Of a DNA stretch of 64,000 nucleotides, positions 11,411 to 25,116 are shown piece by piece (position 1 is the stretch's first letter; every line of letters begins with the position of its first letter). The DNA comes from Eledone cirrhosa (taxonomy: Eukaryota): the NCBI GenBank assembly GCA_964016885.1, contig OZ024741.1, positions 99,758,001-99,822,000 on the forward strand, written 5' to 3'. A program made the position numbers and the translations under genes. Below the pieces are notes generated by a model. That model did not search any database. It was not told the origin of the DNA and saw only the letters and a list, made by a program, of their open reading frames with translations.

Positions 11411-14400
11411 GAAAACGACCGGGTGGTTACAACCCCAATGGCATGACTACTCGATAAGACCTGGCTTGGTATTAAATGTAAAAAGGCAACTTTTATTTGT
11501 ACAGGCAAAGAGATGTTGATTAACTACGAAATAGCTGAAAGAATAATATCAGAAATCAATTAGTTCACTGTCATCCAACAGAAAGTAATAAAATATTTAT
11601 ATAGACGGGCCCGCTGCAAATTTATGGATTCGTGATTTTATTTTCAATATAAGAACACCAAGCCTACAATCGTACAAGAACAGAAGTAATCTTTTATCCT
11701 TATAATTTATAATTTGAAATTTTTAAAAGCAGCAATCATGACGGGATTATGAAAAAAAAACCCATTAAACTGATTTCCTAAATACGTAAAAAGCTATTTA
11801 CTAGGGGAGGAGGGTTATAACAGATTGTAATGATGAATTTGTATATTGCATGTATTCTACATTCATAATATCTTCAGAACAATGAAAAGTAAAGACTTCT
11901 ATGACGATATTATATTTGGAATGTATACGAATAATAATCAATATATTCTAAGGCACAAGTAATATTAGTGTCAGATCGCCTACCTTATCTGATTTACTGA
12001 TGTATTTCCATTAGCAACATTTGCAATATTTAGAGTAAATTCACAATAGATGTCCATAATGTATGATTTGAACACGGCATGTAAAGATTCAGAAATAAAG
12101 GCTGAAAATTATTTAGTTTATATGTCTACAATGTCTGACGTCTTAACATGTTCTTATTGGACAATTTGCTTTCCTGATAGTCAAATAAATCGGTGACATT
12201 TATTTTGTTTGGTAATCGTCTATATCGTGTACTGTTACATACATATATATATATATATATATACACACATTTGTGAGTGTGTGTGTGTGTGGGGGGGGGG
12301 GGGGCAGCATAACCCTGAAATGAGGAAATTATTCAATAATCTATCAAACAGTATTGCATTGAATGTATACATACAGAGATACGCTTATACTCACACACAC
12401 AGACACATGCACATACACACACACGTACGCACACATATACACACAGGCACACACAGAGACGGACATATATCCATATGTGTGTGCGTGTGCGCGCGTATGT
12501 GTATGTATAATAGCCAAGATTTTGACCTTCTTTGTTGCATTATATTCTAGAGATCGATATTTAGCATACGTAAAACCAAGTAATTGACCAGATTCAAAAT
12601 AAAATCTCTTATCAAACAGACTGATGAAACCAATTTCAAATCCCTCAGATAATAACAAAAGCAAAAATGGAAGGAAGAAATAAGAATCGATGAAATCAGA
12701 TGGCAGTTATTCACCATTAAAACAAACGAGTTATTAAGCAAGGTGTTACACAAGCTTATACAATGTAATCTTCTGTCATTCTCATTTATATTCGCATCAC
12801 GAAAACCTGCTTTGAAAACAAACCCATCTGAGTTTCGTTTAGAGTTACACATGCTGAACACGACATAAAGAGATTAGTATTAGTGATGTGGCAAGGAGAG
12901 TTTAAATAAGGTAGGTGCTGAAGGCATTCGAATAAAACGAATGGTTTTACGTGGAAGCTAGTGTGCATGTGTGTATGGAGGACAGTAATGCTGTTTAGGC
13001 AGAATCTAAATAAGTAGGATGTAAACACAACTTAAAATGAATAATAAAAAACAATATCACTACTAATACACACGATTGAGACATTTTCATTGATGAAGAT
13101 GATGCTACTTGTATGTGAGTGATTGTGTGTGTATGTATTAATACTCTCCCTTTCTTTGTCATTTTCTCTCCTTATCTGTCTCATTGTTATTCCCTAAAAA
13201 TGTGTGTGAGTCAATAGAAAAGAAACCGTGATCTAGTTTTGTTTTTTACTCTGTGATAATATATACACCATTCTCTATTGTTCGGTCTAATATAAATTGT
13301 CAACAACATATGCAAAAAATCACTTCAAACTGAAGATGCTACTATGAAGCTATAGAAATTATTATTCTGGATGTCCAGCATATAAAATTAGGACTCTATG
13401 TATTTTTCGATTTCGCTTTTTCCTATATTCAGTCTTGTGGCAATAGAGACATATGTGTCTGCGTGTGTGTATTTGGGCGTGCGTGCATATGCTTAATCTT
13501 ACATATTTAGGGTTAAAATCGGAAGAACAGATTTTCGAATTGGTGCTTTGATTTTTATTTGATTGAAGCTGGTTACATACTTTGTCACTTGTGCTGACTA
13601 AGGTGGCGAACCCTTACCTGGAGGAACTTAGTTACTTGTGAAAAAGGGCATTTCGAATTTTGAAATATTTCATGTACATAAATCAGCCTGTAATGTCATA
13701 ATAGATATAGCAAAGGGAAAATATGGAAATGATAATAAATTTGGTGGTGATGTTAAACAATTAAGAAGATAGTACTTAGAGTAGAATTTCCACAAGGTGT
13801 TATTAGGTGTTTGTATCAAACTTCTGTGTGACTGGTCGCGAGGAGTGCTATTTAGTGCACAATTATAACAATTTCGTTCCTCACACTTGTTAGTGTTCCC
13901 GTCGTTTATCTCCCCAGTTTGCCCAATGGCAACCATTTTGAGACATATGTCTCCTATATTATTCATTGTTTGTTTTCGTTTCTGTTTCTTTATTCTACTC
14001 TGGTTTCTCAATTGATCTCTAACCATCATTTCACGACTCTCATTCTTACCCAATCTTTCTCCCACACAAATACACACACGCCTCTCATATTCCTTCTTTT
14101 CATTGCCACATAAAAATCTCATTCTTCGACGAAGGGGTTTTCTGAAATAGAGAATGTTCCTCTCGTTTTTGCGAGAAATTCTTTTATACCATTTTTGACA
14201 ACTTAATAGAAATTTAATAATGTATGGCCTACCAGAAAACAATATTCTACTAGGTAGATTGATAAACTTGAAATAGCAGCAATATCTCTAGAGAATTACA
14301 CAGACCTCTCTTAAAAATACGTCTTTCGGGATTTTAATACCTTGGATATGGTAATCCAAAATTGTCCCGAAAATGAAACCGGATTTTTACGTCTCGACTG

Positions 14401-15018
14401 AGGACTGCGTCATTGATGACCTGGAATTAATATGACCAAGAGTCCTCGATGAACTCTGTGACAAGGCATTGGAATTAAAAACAATATAGTATATAAATCT
14501 TATAACATTTCAGAGCACATATGTCTAAATCACATAACATACCTATCCTCATATTGGTATGTTATCTACACATCTGTTAATACAGTTGAGAAGACGAGTA
14601 ACGTCAACAGCATCATAAAGGCTAGCAGTGTCAGCCTGAATAATATATTACAGATTCGAAGAAAATAATGAAACGAATAAATATATGTATACATAAAATA
14701 AATACATGCATCAGTACGAAACAATTATTAAAGCATCTGTCGCAATAAGGAACGTGAGAATCAGTCTTTGTAACAATACATAGAGAAAAACACAAAAGCA
14801 GAGAATGTTATGAGATAATCACTAGAAAAAATCTATGACAGCCTCCACTACATATTTTGTAGGAATACTAAGGAAAGCATTTAGAGAACGGCAATAAATA
14901 AATGTTACCAAAAGTTACACTGCATTCCTTACATGTCTGCAATCTAAACAGGGACGAACAAAATGAACGTATTGACAAAAGATAGCAGCTTAAGTATGCG
15001 TAATTATATATATGTAAG

Positions 15019-15052
<34 letters not shown>

Positions 15053-15106
15053 TGTATGTATGTATGTATGCATGTATGCATGTTATGTTATATATGCTTA
15101 TATATA

Positions 15107-15790
15107 TGTTCTCACCTCTTAATTTTGAGTGTATTTTTAACTGGCCAACTTCTCGTTGGCAAAGTTATGAAAAAAGGAGTGTCGTTGTCTCCTGTGTATT
15201 CGTTTATCCTTTGAATCGTAATAATGTTTTTCAAATTTTAAAGGTTCCAGATATTGCGGCCATTTGTAGCTAATAAAATGAGGGACGACGTTCTTTCTTC
15301 ACAAATCCAAGTTCAGGCATACTTTGGTCCAAGTAGGTTGGTATATTAACTGTGGTTCCAATAATGACAGGTATGAAGCTGAACGTGTATCTTGGATACT
15401 GGATCTCCAAAATACTCAACAAAGGTTCTTAGGTATCTTCCTTCTCTTGCATGATTCTCACTACATTGGCAAGAAGATGGCATATTTTTTATGTATGGCC
15501 ACAAAGTCCAATATTAGGCCGGTTTGCTTTAATTTAATGGCATTTGTTTTGCTTTATTGTATATTTAGGTTCAACTAGTATTGCTTTGAGTTACCAGTCT
15601 CAACACATTCCTACTTATTTTCATCTTCCATCGTACATTCCCGACTGTTCTGGCTATCTCAACACGCCTCATGTGGAGCTAGTAACAAGAACTCCTCCTT
15701 TCACTGTTGGCAGCACTGTCGCTTACATCATCGGTCATGCTTTTGCACAGACTACATTTATTATCAACTAATAAGCTTCCCTTTCTGCAG
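15107..15790 (-). mobile_element. Decayed 3' end of an RLE LINE, same family as 62.5-64 kb
   Basis: 15107-15270 aligns by eye to 63851-64000. GGTATGAAGCTGAACGTGTATCTTGGATACTG matches 62744 onward. Lies just after (TATG)n at about 15024-15080. Confidence 0.75.
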
Positions 15791-16344
15791 TAGGTACATG
15801 GTGGTGATTTCTTGTACCTGGATAATGTGGAGATGGTATAAACATGAGGAAACTCCAGGTCAGGCTTTTAATAAGGTTTATCCTTTCCATCGTTTGTGTT
15901 TGCGTCTCAATTAACCATTTACAACCTTCTTAGAGAACTGAGTAATTTAAAAAGAGATTCGTTCGAGCATTGAGTAGAATCTTCAATCTTCCTTGGAGTG
16001 AGATAGTATGTACGTATATACGTTCTTCTGGTTTTATAATTTCACAAAGTTTTACCAATAGAGAGAGAGAGTCGGTTTCTAAGATAGACACAAGACTCTC
16101 TCATTGGAATTTACACATCAACTTGGTAGATATGTATGTATGCATGCATGTGTAGATATGGATGTTATTGTATGTGTGGATGTGTATGATTTGAGTTGTA
16201 TGTGTGCATGTGTATATGCTTTGTATCTGTACATGTGTATATGCAGTTATTAGATGTAACATTTTGGGAATGTTTTACATATTTTTACTGTTAATGGATT
16301 GTACTTGTAATTTCCTAACTAGTTGTGTTCTTTCTGTTCTTGTG

Positions 16345-18258
16345 ATGCCTAGATTCTCAAGATTTGTATTGAGGCAGTTACTAACATATCCCAGTGCCCA
16401 ATAATCACATGCATAAATCTGAAGGTGTAATCAGGGTGGAGTATCTGCAGATTTCTCATCAGCTCTGCATAAATATTCTCCTTTTCGGTAATCTTTGATA
16501 TTATATTGGCATCTGCTGGGCAGCTAACTTCCACTACTCTTCATGCTTTCTTTTCCCTGTCCCATATCATAATATCTGGTCTGCTATGTCTGCATTTTAT
16601 TGGGGTTTTTACTGGAACATTCCACCAGCACTCTTTCATATTATGTACATGGATGTCTTCCACATTGTTGTAGCTTTTAATGTGTTTATTATCGGGGTTA
16701 TCCTTTTTACGAACTGCATTGTACAGTGTTTTGGCCACTACAACATGCCTCATACGTAGATAGTACCGCGATGACATATTTGGACAGCTGCTGATGACAT
16801 TCGTGATATCCTCGATGTTAGTTCTGCAGAGTCTGCACTTGTTATCACATCTAGGTGTTTTGCCTGCATCCCTATCTCTTTTGTGAATCAGGTATTTCGT
16901 GCTAATCTCCTGTTCCTGGATTGCAAAAGCGTATCATTCAAAGTGGGAGCCAATATAGCGGTTGTTGGTCCAAGATAGACTACTTTCCTTATCTATATTA
17001 CTCTCACTCTGGAGCTTCCTGGCAACATATCCATGCAAGATTTTTTGCTGATAGGCATGCAGTTTTTCATCCATGGATTCACTGCGATACTGCTGACCGA
17101 CATCCCTGGGTGTCAGTTTTTGATTATTACACAGGGAATATCTCTCAAGGAGTTCCTTCCCAACTCTCATGATCTTATCTGTTTCATGCAGATAGACTTG
17201 CGCGAGAAACGGGCTCCTACGCTTCGAGGTTCGTAGATGTTGTCGGAGAGATATGATGTGACATTCAAATGTTGTCTGGACTGATGTTAGGCCTCTGCCT
17301 CCCTGCTTACGTTTCAAGTAAAGGCGGTCTATGTCACTGTTGATGTGGAAGTTTCCGGTGTTGTTCAGTATTTTTCGAGTTCCAACATCAACTGCTCGGA
17401 TTTCGTCTATCGTCCAATTGAGTATTCCAAACGTTGGTGTTAGGACAGGCACAGCAAACACATTGTGAGCCGCTGTTTTGTTTTGCGCAGAGAGTTCCGA
17501 TGACCAGATCTTTCTTAATCGGGTGTAGTATTCCCTGGTTACGCGTTCTTTATTACAGATACCATTATAGGATATGTTCTCATCTATCCCCAGGTATCTG
17601 TAGCACTCCTCATCAGATATCGATGAAACAGTTTGGCCATTGCTGACAATGTTGCTAGATTGGGTTGTTGTTTCTACCCGATTTACAGTCATGTATGAGC
17701 ATTTATCTTGGCCAAACTCCATTCCTATATCATTTGAGAACGTTGTAACCAGGTCAAGATTTGTGTTCATCCCATCAATGTTCTTGGCATAGAGTTTCAG
17801 ATCGTCCACAAAGAAATTATGGGTTAGGTTCATATTACTGTCCTTCTGTGAGCTAATGATGTATCCTTCACATTTCTTGAGCAGAAAGGACAAGGGGTTT
17901 AATGACAAGATGAATAATATCACAGCGAGACTGTCCCCTCTGAAATATACCCCTGCAATATTTTATTTTATCAGTGAAAATAGAGTCCTCCCTCTCTTAG
18001 GATGGTAGCTCAAGAAGAAGACAGCCTCTCTATGGCTCTGACAATAATGTCTGGGACTTTAGCAAATTGGAGGGCCTCTATCATCCAAGAGTGGGGAACA
18101 TAATCGAAAGCTTTCCTGTAGTCCAGCCAGACTGTAGTCATATTCCTCCTAAGTTGTCGCACTTTCGACATCGCAGTTTTGTTGATTAGGAGTTGTTCAG
18201 CACATCCCCAAATCCCTTTCTTTCCAGCTGCTTGTTCATCTGTCTGGTGTTTTCTTAT
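16345..18258 (-). mobile_element. 5'-truncated R4/Dong-type RLE LINE (RT, CCHC zinc finger, PD-(D/E)xK endonuclease), disrupted
   Basis: WLDYRKAFDYVPHSW, GDSLAV, FFVDDLKL and GMEFGQDKC (RT). KCRLC...ITNVISSCPNMSSRYYLRMRH (zinc finger and RH motif). RPDIMIWDREKK...VEVSCPAD (RLE). Split across ORFs 16934..17923, 16541..16777 and 16349..16534. Confidence 0.9.
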
Positions 18259-19034
18259 CTAGGAGTTTCTCGTGTTTTTGAGCACATATAACACATGTAT
18301 GTGTGTGCGAGTTATTGAGTTGTTTATAACGAACAAGAGAATAAGTACTCCGTACGCGATGCAGGTATAAGCATTTGTAATGTTGAAGTTGTGTATTTCA
18401 CAACATAGTGGAAACACATTTTGAAAATGACATATCTTTGGCGTGATTGGGAGAATTTCATATAAAACATAATTGCTCTTTAGCGACATTTATACATTCA
18501 AATCTGTAGGCAGAATCAAAGAGCTAGTTATGTATTGATGAAAGGACACACATTTCTGAATCACATAAAAACATTCACTAATGATTTTTGTGCGTATCGA
18601 GAAAATAGCAGAAACATGTTGCACTTTTTGCTATTATCAGAAGGATTTTTAGATTTAAATTAAATGTTACATTTACATTTAATGTATCTTAGATCTCGTG
18701 CTCTGCGTAAATATTTCTTGCATAATAAATAAATTTTTGATTGACATAATGAAAAATATTTCCCGTGTGTATTCTTTGATATGCTTGGCATTTCTTTAGA
18801 CGGCACTTAACTTGATTCCACTTAACTTCTTCATATTTTTATTTGACATTTATAAGTGAAGTCACGTGTTTCATCGTAAGTCGCTGGTTAGGGTAGGGTT
18901 AACAGATCTGCAATTAGAAATCTGTTCGGACAGGAAATCTATTGCACCAGAATGTTGCCGACAAATTGAGTGAATTTGTCTACCATTACGAAATATTTTT
19001 TTTGTGTGTGTTTAATAACGAGAATAAACAATAT

Positions 19035-19172
19035 GTTAGGTTGCAGATTCTTCTGTTGTGTTAACGTGAGATACAAGAAATACCACGCAATATATATATA
19101 TATAGTGTGTTTCATATTGCGTGGTATTTCTTGTATATCACGTTAACACAACAGAAGAATCTGCAACGTAAC
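19035..19172. repeat. Near-perfect inverted repeat, arms about 59 bp, with a TA-rich spacer
   Basis: 19035-19093 is the reverse complement of 19114-19172 with about two mismatches. Confidence 0.9.
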
Positions 19173-19272
19173 GTTATATATACACACATATATGTACGTA
19201 TATGCATGAATATAAACTAAAAATAGTAAAAATATTTTTACATTTCTTCCTCTTCTTCCATCTCCCATTCTA

Positions 19273-19309
19273 TTTTGTGGTGAAAGACAAGCGCCTGAAA
19301 CGTTAAGAC
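19273..19309 (+). ncRNA. Degenerate minimal hammerhead-like motif, same family as 40541
   Basis: GTGGTGAAAGACAAGCGCCTGAAACGTTAAGAC vs CTGGTGAAGGACTCGCGTCCGAAACGTTAAGAC at 40545; core and stem II are mutated. Confidence 0.45.
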
Positions 19310-19399
19310 TCCTTTCCTATTTTTTCACTCTAACCCCTAATATATATCTTTCTTGCACTTTATCTTTCCACTATGTTTTTCTTTCGTTGACAGTACGAA

Positions 19400-19440
<41 letters not shown>

Positions 19441-19643
19441 TTTCTGAATTTGTTTAGTAAGATTCTTTATCTGAAAACGTGTGTTGAAACCGATATTGTT
19501 ATACTTTGGGAGGGTCATGTTTCCAATAAGAAACATACGCACCATGATTTCTTTCAATTTATTATAATACATTTATAAATTTAGGAATTTATAAATTTCC
19601 GGTTGGTTGGTTGGTTCCACAACCAGATGGTTGTTTATATATT

Positions 19644-19686
19644 GTCAAAGTTCTTTCGTCACACATTATGTGACCTCTTCAGTGAC
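19644..19686 (-). ncRNA. Minimal type I hammerhead ribozyme motif
   Basis: Minus strand GTCA-CTGAAGA-G-GTCACATAATGTGTGAC-GAAAG-AA-CTT-TGAC: stem I GTCA/TGAC, core, stem II, short stem III, NUH = CUU. Confidence 0.75.
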
Positions 19687-19802
19687 TGGGGATTCTTTTC
19701 TTTGTTTTTGTGCCTCTTCTTTGTTCTGTCTTACTCCATTTTCAAACAAAATGGCGTAGGACAGAACAAAGGAGAGGCACAAAAACAAAGAAAAGAATCC
19801 CA

Positions 19803-19845
19803 GTCACTGAAGAGGTCACCGAATGTGTGACGAAAGAACTTTGAC
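19803..19845 (+). ncRNA. Minimal type I hammerhead ribozyme motif
   Basis: GTCA-CTGAAGA-G-GTCAC(CGAATGT)GTGAC-GAAAG-AA-CTT-TGAC. Confidence 0.75.
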
Positions 19846-19990
19846 AATATATAAACAAGCATCTGGTTGTGGAACCAACCAACCAACCGGAAATTTATAA
19901 ATTCCTAAATTTATAAATGTATTATAATAAATTGAAGTGAAGCAACTGGTGCGTGTGTTTCTTATTGGCAATATGACCCTCCCAAAGTAT

Positions 19991-20034
<44 letters not shown>

Positions 20035-20046
20035 TTACTTATGCAA

Positions 20047-20093
<47 letters not shown>

Positions 20094-21380
20094 ACTATAT
20101 CTGTGTGAGGGTGTGTGTTTAAAAACAGAAATATCAATAAACACTGCAACGTCACGAACCATGATTGTAAGGAAGGAAGAAGACACACTCACCTACGTAC
20201 ACATAAACAAACACAGATTCCCCCCCCCCCACACACACACACTTACAAGTACACAAAGAGAAGGGGAAGTTTGAAAGACAGAAAGAGGGAATTGAGTATA
20301 AAAAGATTGATGTGCGCATGTGCTGGAGATTGCCATACACATAAGATAAATTGTTGTGGATATTTTGAAACTTTAAGACAATGCAATGTAATTAATGACT
20401 GGAAGTATTGTAGGGATGATTGAAATACAAATAACAAGCAAACAACGAAAAAGGCAAATAATTTTACGAAATATTTTGTTTAAATTTCGTAAAATGCATA
20501 AATACATTTTGAAAACTGCTGAAAAAAATAAGAGAGAACAGATCGCCGCTGTACCTTCAGCAACCCCGACCCCTCTATCATGACTTTGACTACGATGACT
20601 ATTGGTACTAACACCATCACCGTAACCACCATTAGCAATACAATCGTCACTAACATCGAATGCTATGTCATCACGAACAAAACACATTATTACTCCCAAT
20701 ATTTTACAATCATTACCATTACTGCAAACATTATACGGTACTTACTATCCATGCCAACATTTCACAATCATAGTAATAACTACCAATCCTTTACAATTTT
20801 AGACAAGACTGCCAAACTTTCACCATCATCTTGTTCATTGCCAAATTTCACTATCATTAACTATATAGACAACACTTCTTCATTTGATTATTATCTTTAC
20901 AACGAGTATTCCACTAATCATACCAATAATATAAACATTTTGTAATTACAATCGCTATCAAACGCCATTACTGCCAACATTTTCCCCACTATCTCCATTA
21001 CTACCCATACATTTTACAGCCACCACGTTTCAACAGGGTCACCATTTCAATGTCATCATCAATGTATCATAAATTTCGCCAACAGGCCCATGAGGTAACT
21101 TCTTCATATTCGCATGGCCGGTTAATATGTCTCAAATTCCAACCAATGTTTGCTGATTCCACCAACATCATTTTTACTGCGAATGCACGTTCTATTACCA
21201 TCATTATGTTCCATTTTCGTTTCGTTATGTTAACAAAGGGGAGGCAAGCGTTGATCCTGAATAATCAATGAAATATGAGAAAAAAAGTATGTCCTTTTTT
21301 GTTTTATTTCTCTTAAATTATCCCTTCTTTTTTCTAAATTGCTATACTTGGTTTATCCATTCTCCCTCTTTCTCTCTCTC

Positions 21381-21437
<57 letters not shown>

Positions 21438-23289
21438 ATATTGTTAACATCTGATGATGCCAAACCGATGACAGCTGCTTTTACAATGATTGCATAACAG
21501 CGAAATATGACGTGAACACAGCTCATACATCAGTCTGGGGCCTCCATTTTCTTCAACAATATTTATCAGAATCAACGTTTCGTAAGTGTTACACATGAAG
21601 CGCAGCGGCAGTATCTGCTGATGTTATTTTTAATCTTTAGAAACATGAATCTCAAGTTATGGAAATTTCTGGATATATATTTCAAACAGAGTGGGTACTC
21701 TTGTAGTTCTATTCCGATCATTCTGCCAGATATATGCCTCCATACCAAAGGAAAGGACATTAAAATATATATGTTCCTACTCATATTTTATATAGTTTCC
21801 ACATGACATCAACTTCAGACAGTTTTATATGCAGTTATATCTGAAATTTGAATTTGTCTGCTTCATTGAGACGTTCACTATATTAATTAACGAAAAAAAG
21901 CGTCTCATTGTAGCTACATATTATGTTCTATCCATCAAAAATGACATAGTTACTTGATTGTGAAACTCATTCCAGTTTACAGACTACATGCAGACAGAGA
22001 CACTATGTCAATTTCTGCGTTTCGATAGTAATATGTAAAATGTTTCTTTCTATTATATTATATATAACCTCATTTGTTTTCCAGGAGTGATTCCGTTTAA
22101 AATATGTTTATGCGTTAACACACTCCATACACAGGCTTATATATACACACATAAAATAAAAATTCACACACGGAACTGATTCATTAGCCAAAGTGTATGT
22201 GTGTAACTCCCATCTCCCAAACCCTCCTTTTAAAAATGTCTATGTATTGTACATATAACAAGAATGACCAATGCATTCCCATAAATATGTAAATCCGATT
22301 CTACATTTCCCTGAATTAGAAAGGAATGTCTAGTAGCATTTTCTATGGTATTTCCTGTAACAGCAGGTAGTATACTAAGAATAGTAACACAGGTGCTTTA
22401 TCCATGAGCAATACATAGAAATAGGAAGAAAACATCAATAACACCGCAAAGGAAGGGAGCAATGAAAAAAAAAATTACTAAAACACGCACACTCAATAGG
22501 AAAAGTTATCAAAAATAGTAAGCATAAAAGATTCCATATCAACAGCAGTCTAACCTGCAGCTGAAATACACAAGACAAAATAATTCTGTTATAGGGCGCT
22601 CCTTGGGAGAATGGTTAATCTAATTATCATCCAAGTGCATTAGTACAGAATATGTCTCGTGTATAATAGATGCCGTCTGTATATTTCTTTTTGGAAATGT
22701 GACTATTGTATTGTTTATTTGTCAGTCCTTATGTTTATTCGATTGAAGTTGTGTGAATCGTAATTATAAACAAAAAGAAAGACATTTTATAGAAGGAGTA
22801 AAGTGAAACATGCAAAGCAATTGCCTTTACTTCATACTTTACTTTACGACAATGTTCTTACTTCCGAAATTAAAGGCAACAACAACAACACAACCTATTA
22901 GTACCTGACTAAAAACTGTAAGGGATTTTGTCGGATGCTCTACATAATTTTTATAATAATAATCATATTTTCTAAATATTCTGCTTTGTGTTCATATATA
23001 GTTCTTCTATTTAATTTCCTTGATTAATGTTCATATCGCTATAGGCAAGACCGTGTGGCTAAAATGTTTGCTTTGTAATAATGTGCATCCAAAGCTCAGT
23101 CTTTTACCACATATTCCTGTGTAGAATATGATAGACAGTATCTATTTTACCCCCCCCCCCCCCCCCATATAGAAATGTATATATATATATATATAGAAAT
23201 TATATAGAAATGGCTTCTACAGGACTAGAACTGTTTCATTCATGTTATACTCTGCTATGTATTGAATACCTTACTAACTGTGGTTACCC

Positions 23290-24210
23290 ACGATTGAACC
23301 TGACACACACACACACATGCACACACACACACACACATACCCTACCACCACTAACCCCCACTCACACCTGCATTCAACCCCTCCCCACCTCCCGTATACT
23401 AACACCCACTAACACCTCTTCATCAAACTACACACACACCAGTACACCACACTCCCTCCATAGAACCACACACACCCTCCTCCCCCCACTCCACCCACAC
23501 CCTCGCTCCACACTCACTCATCCCACTAACACCCCTACTAATACACACACACACACACCCTCCTCACTCCAACTTTCACACCTACCCATCCTCGCCCCCT
23601 ACCATTCCACTGACTGCTGCTGTGCCCTCTGGCCACCTCCCAGCACCAACATACCACAGCACTCCCACTGCTGACCACTTCCTGTTGCGCGCGCACCCCA
23701 CATCTCTCCTCTTCCGACCACCACTTCATGGATTACCCACACGCAGAATTTGACTTACAAACAATCTACTGAACATCCTTGGAACTTACCAACTTTTCAA
23801 CCATCCTCTTGCGTAATCACCTATATAACTCACCGGCACACACACCCCCAAAAAGTTTTTTTTCTCCACACGCCACCCACACCCACAACACGCTTAAACC
23901 CCACGCACACGTGCTTCCCACCACATATTTACACCCTCAGCCTCCTGATACCTCTCCCCCCACCCCTATCCACACACGCACAGACACTCCGACCCACAAA
24001 AACACCCCCCACACACACCCCTTCCTGAACATGCAACCCCGTTTTCCCCCAACCCTTACTTTCACATACACACACACAGACACACACGCACACCTACACA
24101 CACACACCACCTTCAGCCCTCCCCGCTCGGACACCCCGTCTCCCTCTCCCCACTCCACCGGCCACCACCCCTACTCACCCCACACCCTTCCACCACCTGT
24201 TTACCCCCCT
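23290..24210. repeat. C/A-rich low-complexity tract, probably within a PLE remnant spanning about 23210-24495
   Basis: CA/CCA-rich sequence followed by a T-rich segment, a hammerhead motif, AATAAA and (TA)n. Confidence 0.6.
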
Positions 24211-24372
24211 TTTAATTTCAGTTTATTTTGATCATGCCTTTATTTTTAAATTTTCTCATTCCTTGTATTTTGATCATGCTTTATTTTTATTTTTTATCTT
24301 TATTTGTTTTTTTTTTCATGTCTCTCCACCACTCCCCTTCACACCTTTTGAACTCTGTTCCCACACACTTCT

Positions 24373-24406
24373 CACCTGAGGAAGGGCTTATGCCCGAAAC
24401 GTCGTC
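24373..24406 (+). ncRNA. Minimal hammerhead motif of Penelope pseudo-LTR type
   Basis: CAC-CTGAGGA-A-GGGC-TTAT-GCCC-GAAAC-GTC-GTC. Core and stem II are intact; stem I is reduced to AC/GT. Confidence 0.65.
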
Positions 24407-24939
24407 CCCCACCTACCCCCCACTCTCCTGAGCGTGAAATTAATAAACATTTATTGTACTGCCTCTCTGTTTTGTCCCTGTTCAAATTTTTCCATTATAT
24501 ATATATATATAGTTGATAAATGAAACGAAATAACAAACGGATGCAAAAATACAAATTCATATTAGGTTCACGGAATCAAACTTACAACAGTATCGCAAAA
24601 ACACAATCCTAATTATTAGGGGATCCCATTTATTCAATGATGTGAGAGAGACCCTTTCTTTGAGAGTAGACCGATGCGATGAAAAATAGAAATACTATGA
24701 ATAATATTAGTGTGTGAGCATGTATGTATGTATGTATGTATATATTAATTTATGTATGTATGCATGTAGATGAAAATATGCTTATATGTTTCTATTTAAC
24801 AATTCGAATACGTACGTAATTATTCGAAAGTATGTCTATACGCATACGTATGCCAATATACCAATGTATGCGTACATAAATGTGTACTCATATAAATGTT
24901 GATATACAAGATTCAAGATTATATGGATTTTTATATAAG

Positions 24940-25116
24940 CACAAGACCTGCAATTGTGGGGGAGGGGAAAGTCGATTAAATCGACCCAATGCATGACTGT
25001 AAGGATGAAAGGCAAAGTTAAGCTCGGCGGGATTTGAAGTCCGATCATAAAGGCCGTCACTCTATGCTGCAAAGCATGGCGTCTGACGCACTACCGATAC
25101 TGCCAATCCACCGCCC
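24940..25116 (-). mobile_element. tRNA-derived SINE
   Basis: Reverse complement has a GGCGGTGGATTGGCAGTATCGGTAG head, a TTCAAATCCCGCCGAG B-box-like segment and the TTTGCCTTTCATCC core shared with six other copies. Confidence 0.85.

Larger units (their letters stand above)
19438..19998. mobile_element. Palindromic non-coding PLE-like element (arms 19493-19742 / 19748-19998 plus unpaired tail 19438-19492)
   Basis: About 250-bp arms in inverted orientation around a 5-nt loop (CAAAC); (TA)n on both flanks; each arm carries a hammerhead motif. Confidence 0.85.

Noticed and set aside
12540-12800. Possible L1-type ORF2 C-terminal remnant (KWKEEIRIDEIRW...KVLHKLI)
   Set aside because: Similarity too weak to call without a profile search.
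13670-14242. 190-aa minus-strand ORF
   Set aside because: No domain signature; probably a highly decayed LINE region, not supportable as a gene.
20580-21200. Thr/Ile-rich ORFs
   Set aside because: Degenerate (ACC/ATC/ATT) low-complexity sequence.
21448-21512. CTGATGA...CGAAA hammerhead candidate
   Set aside because: No convincing stem II, and no stem III or NUH triplet.
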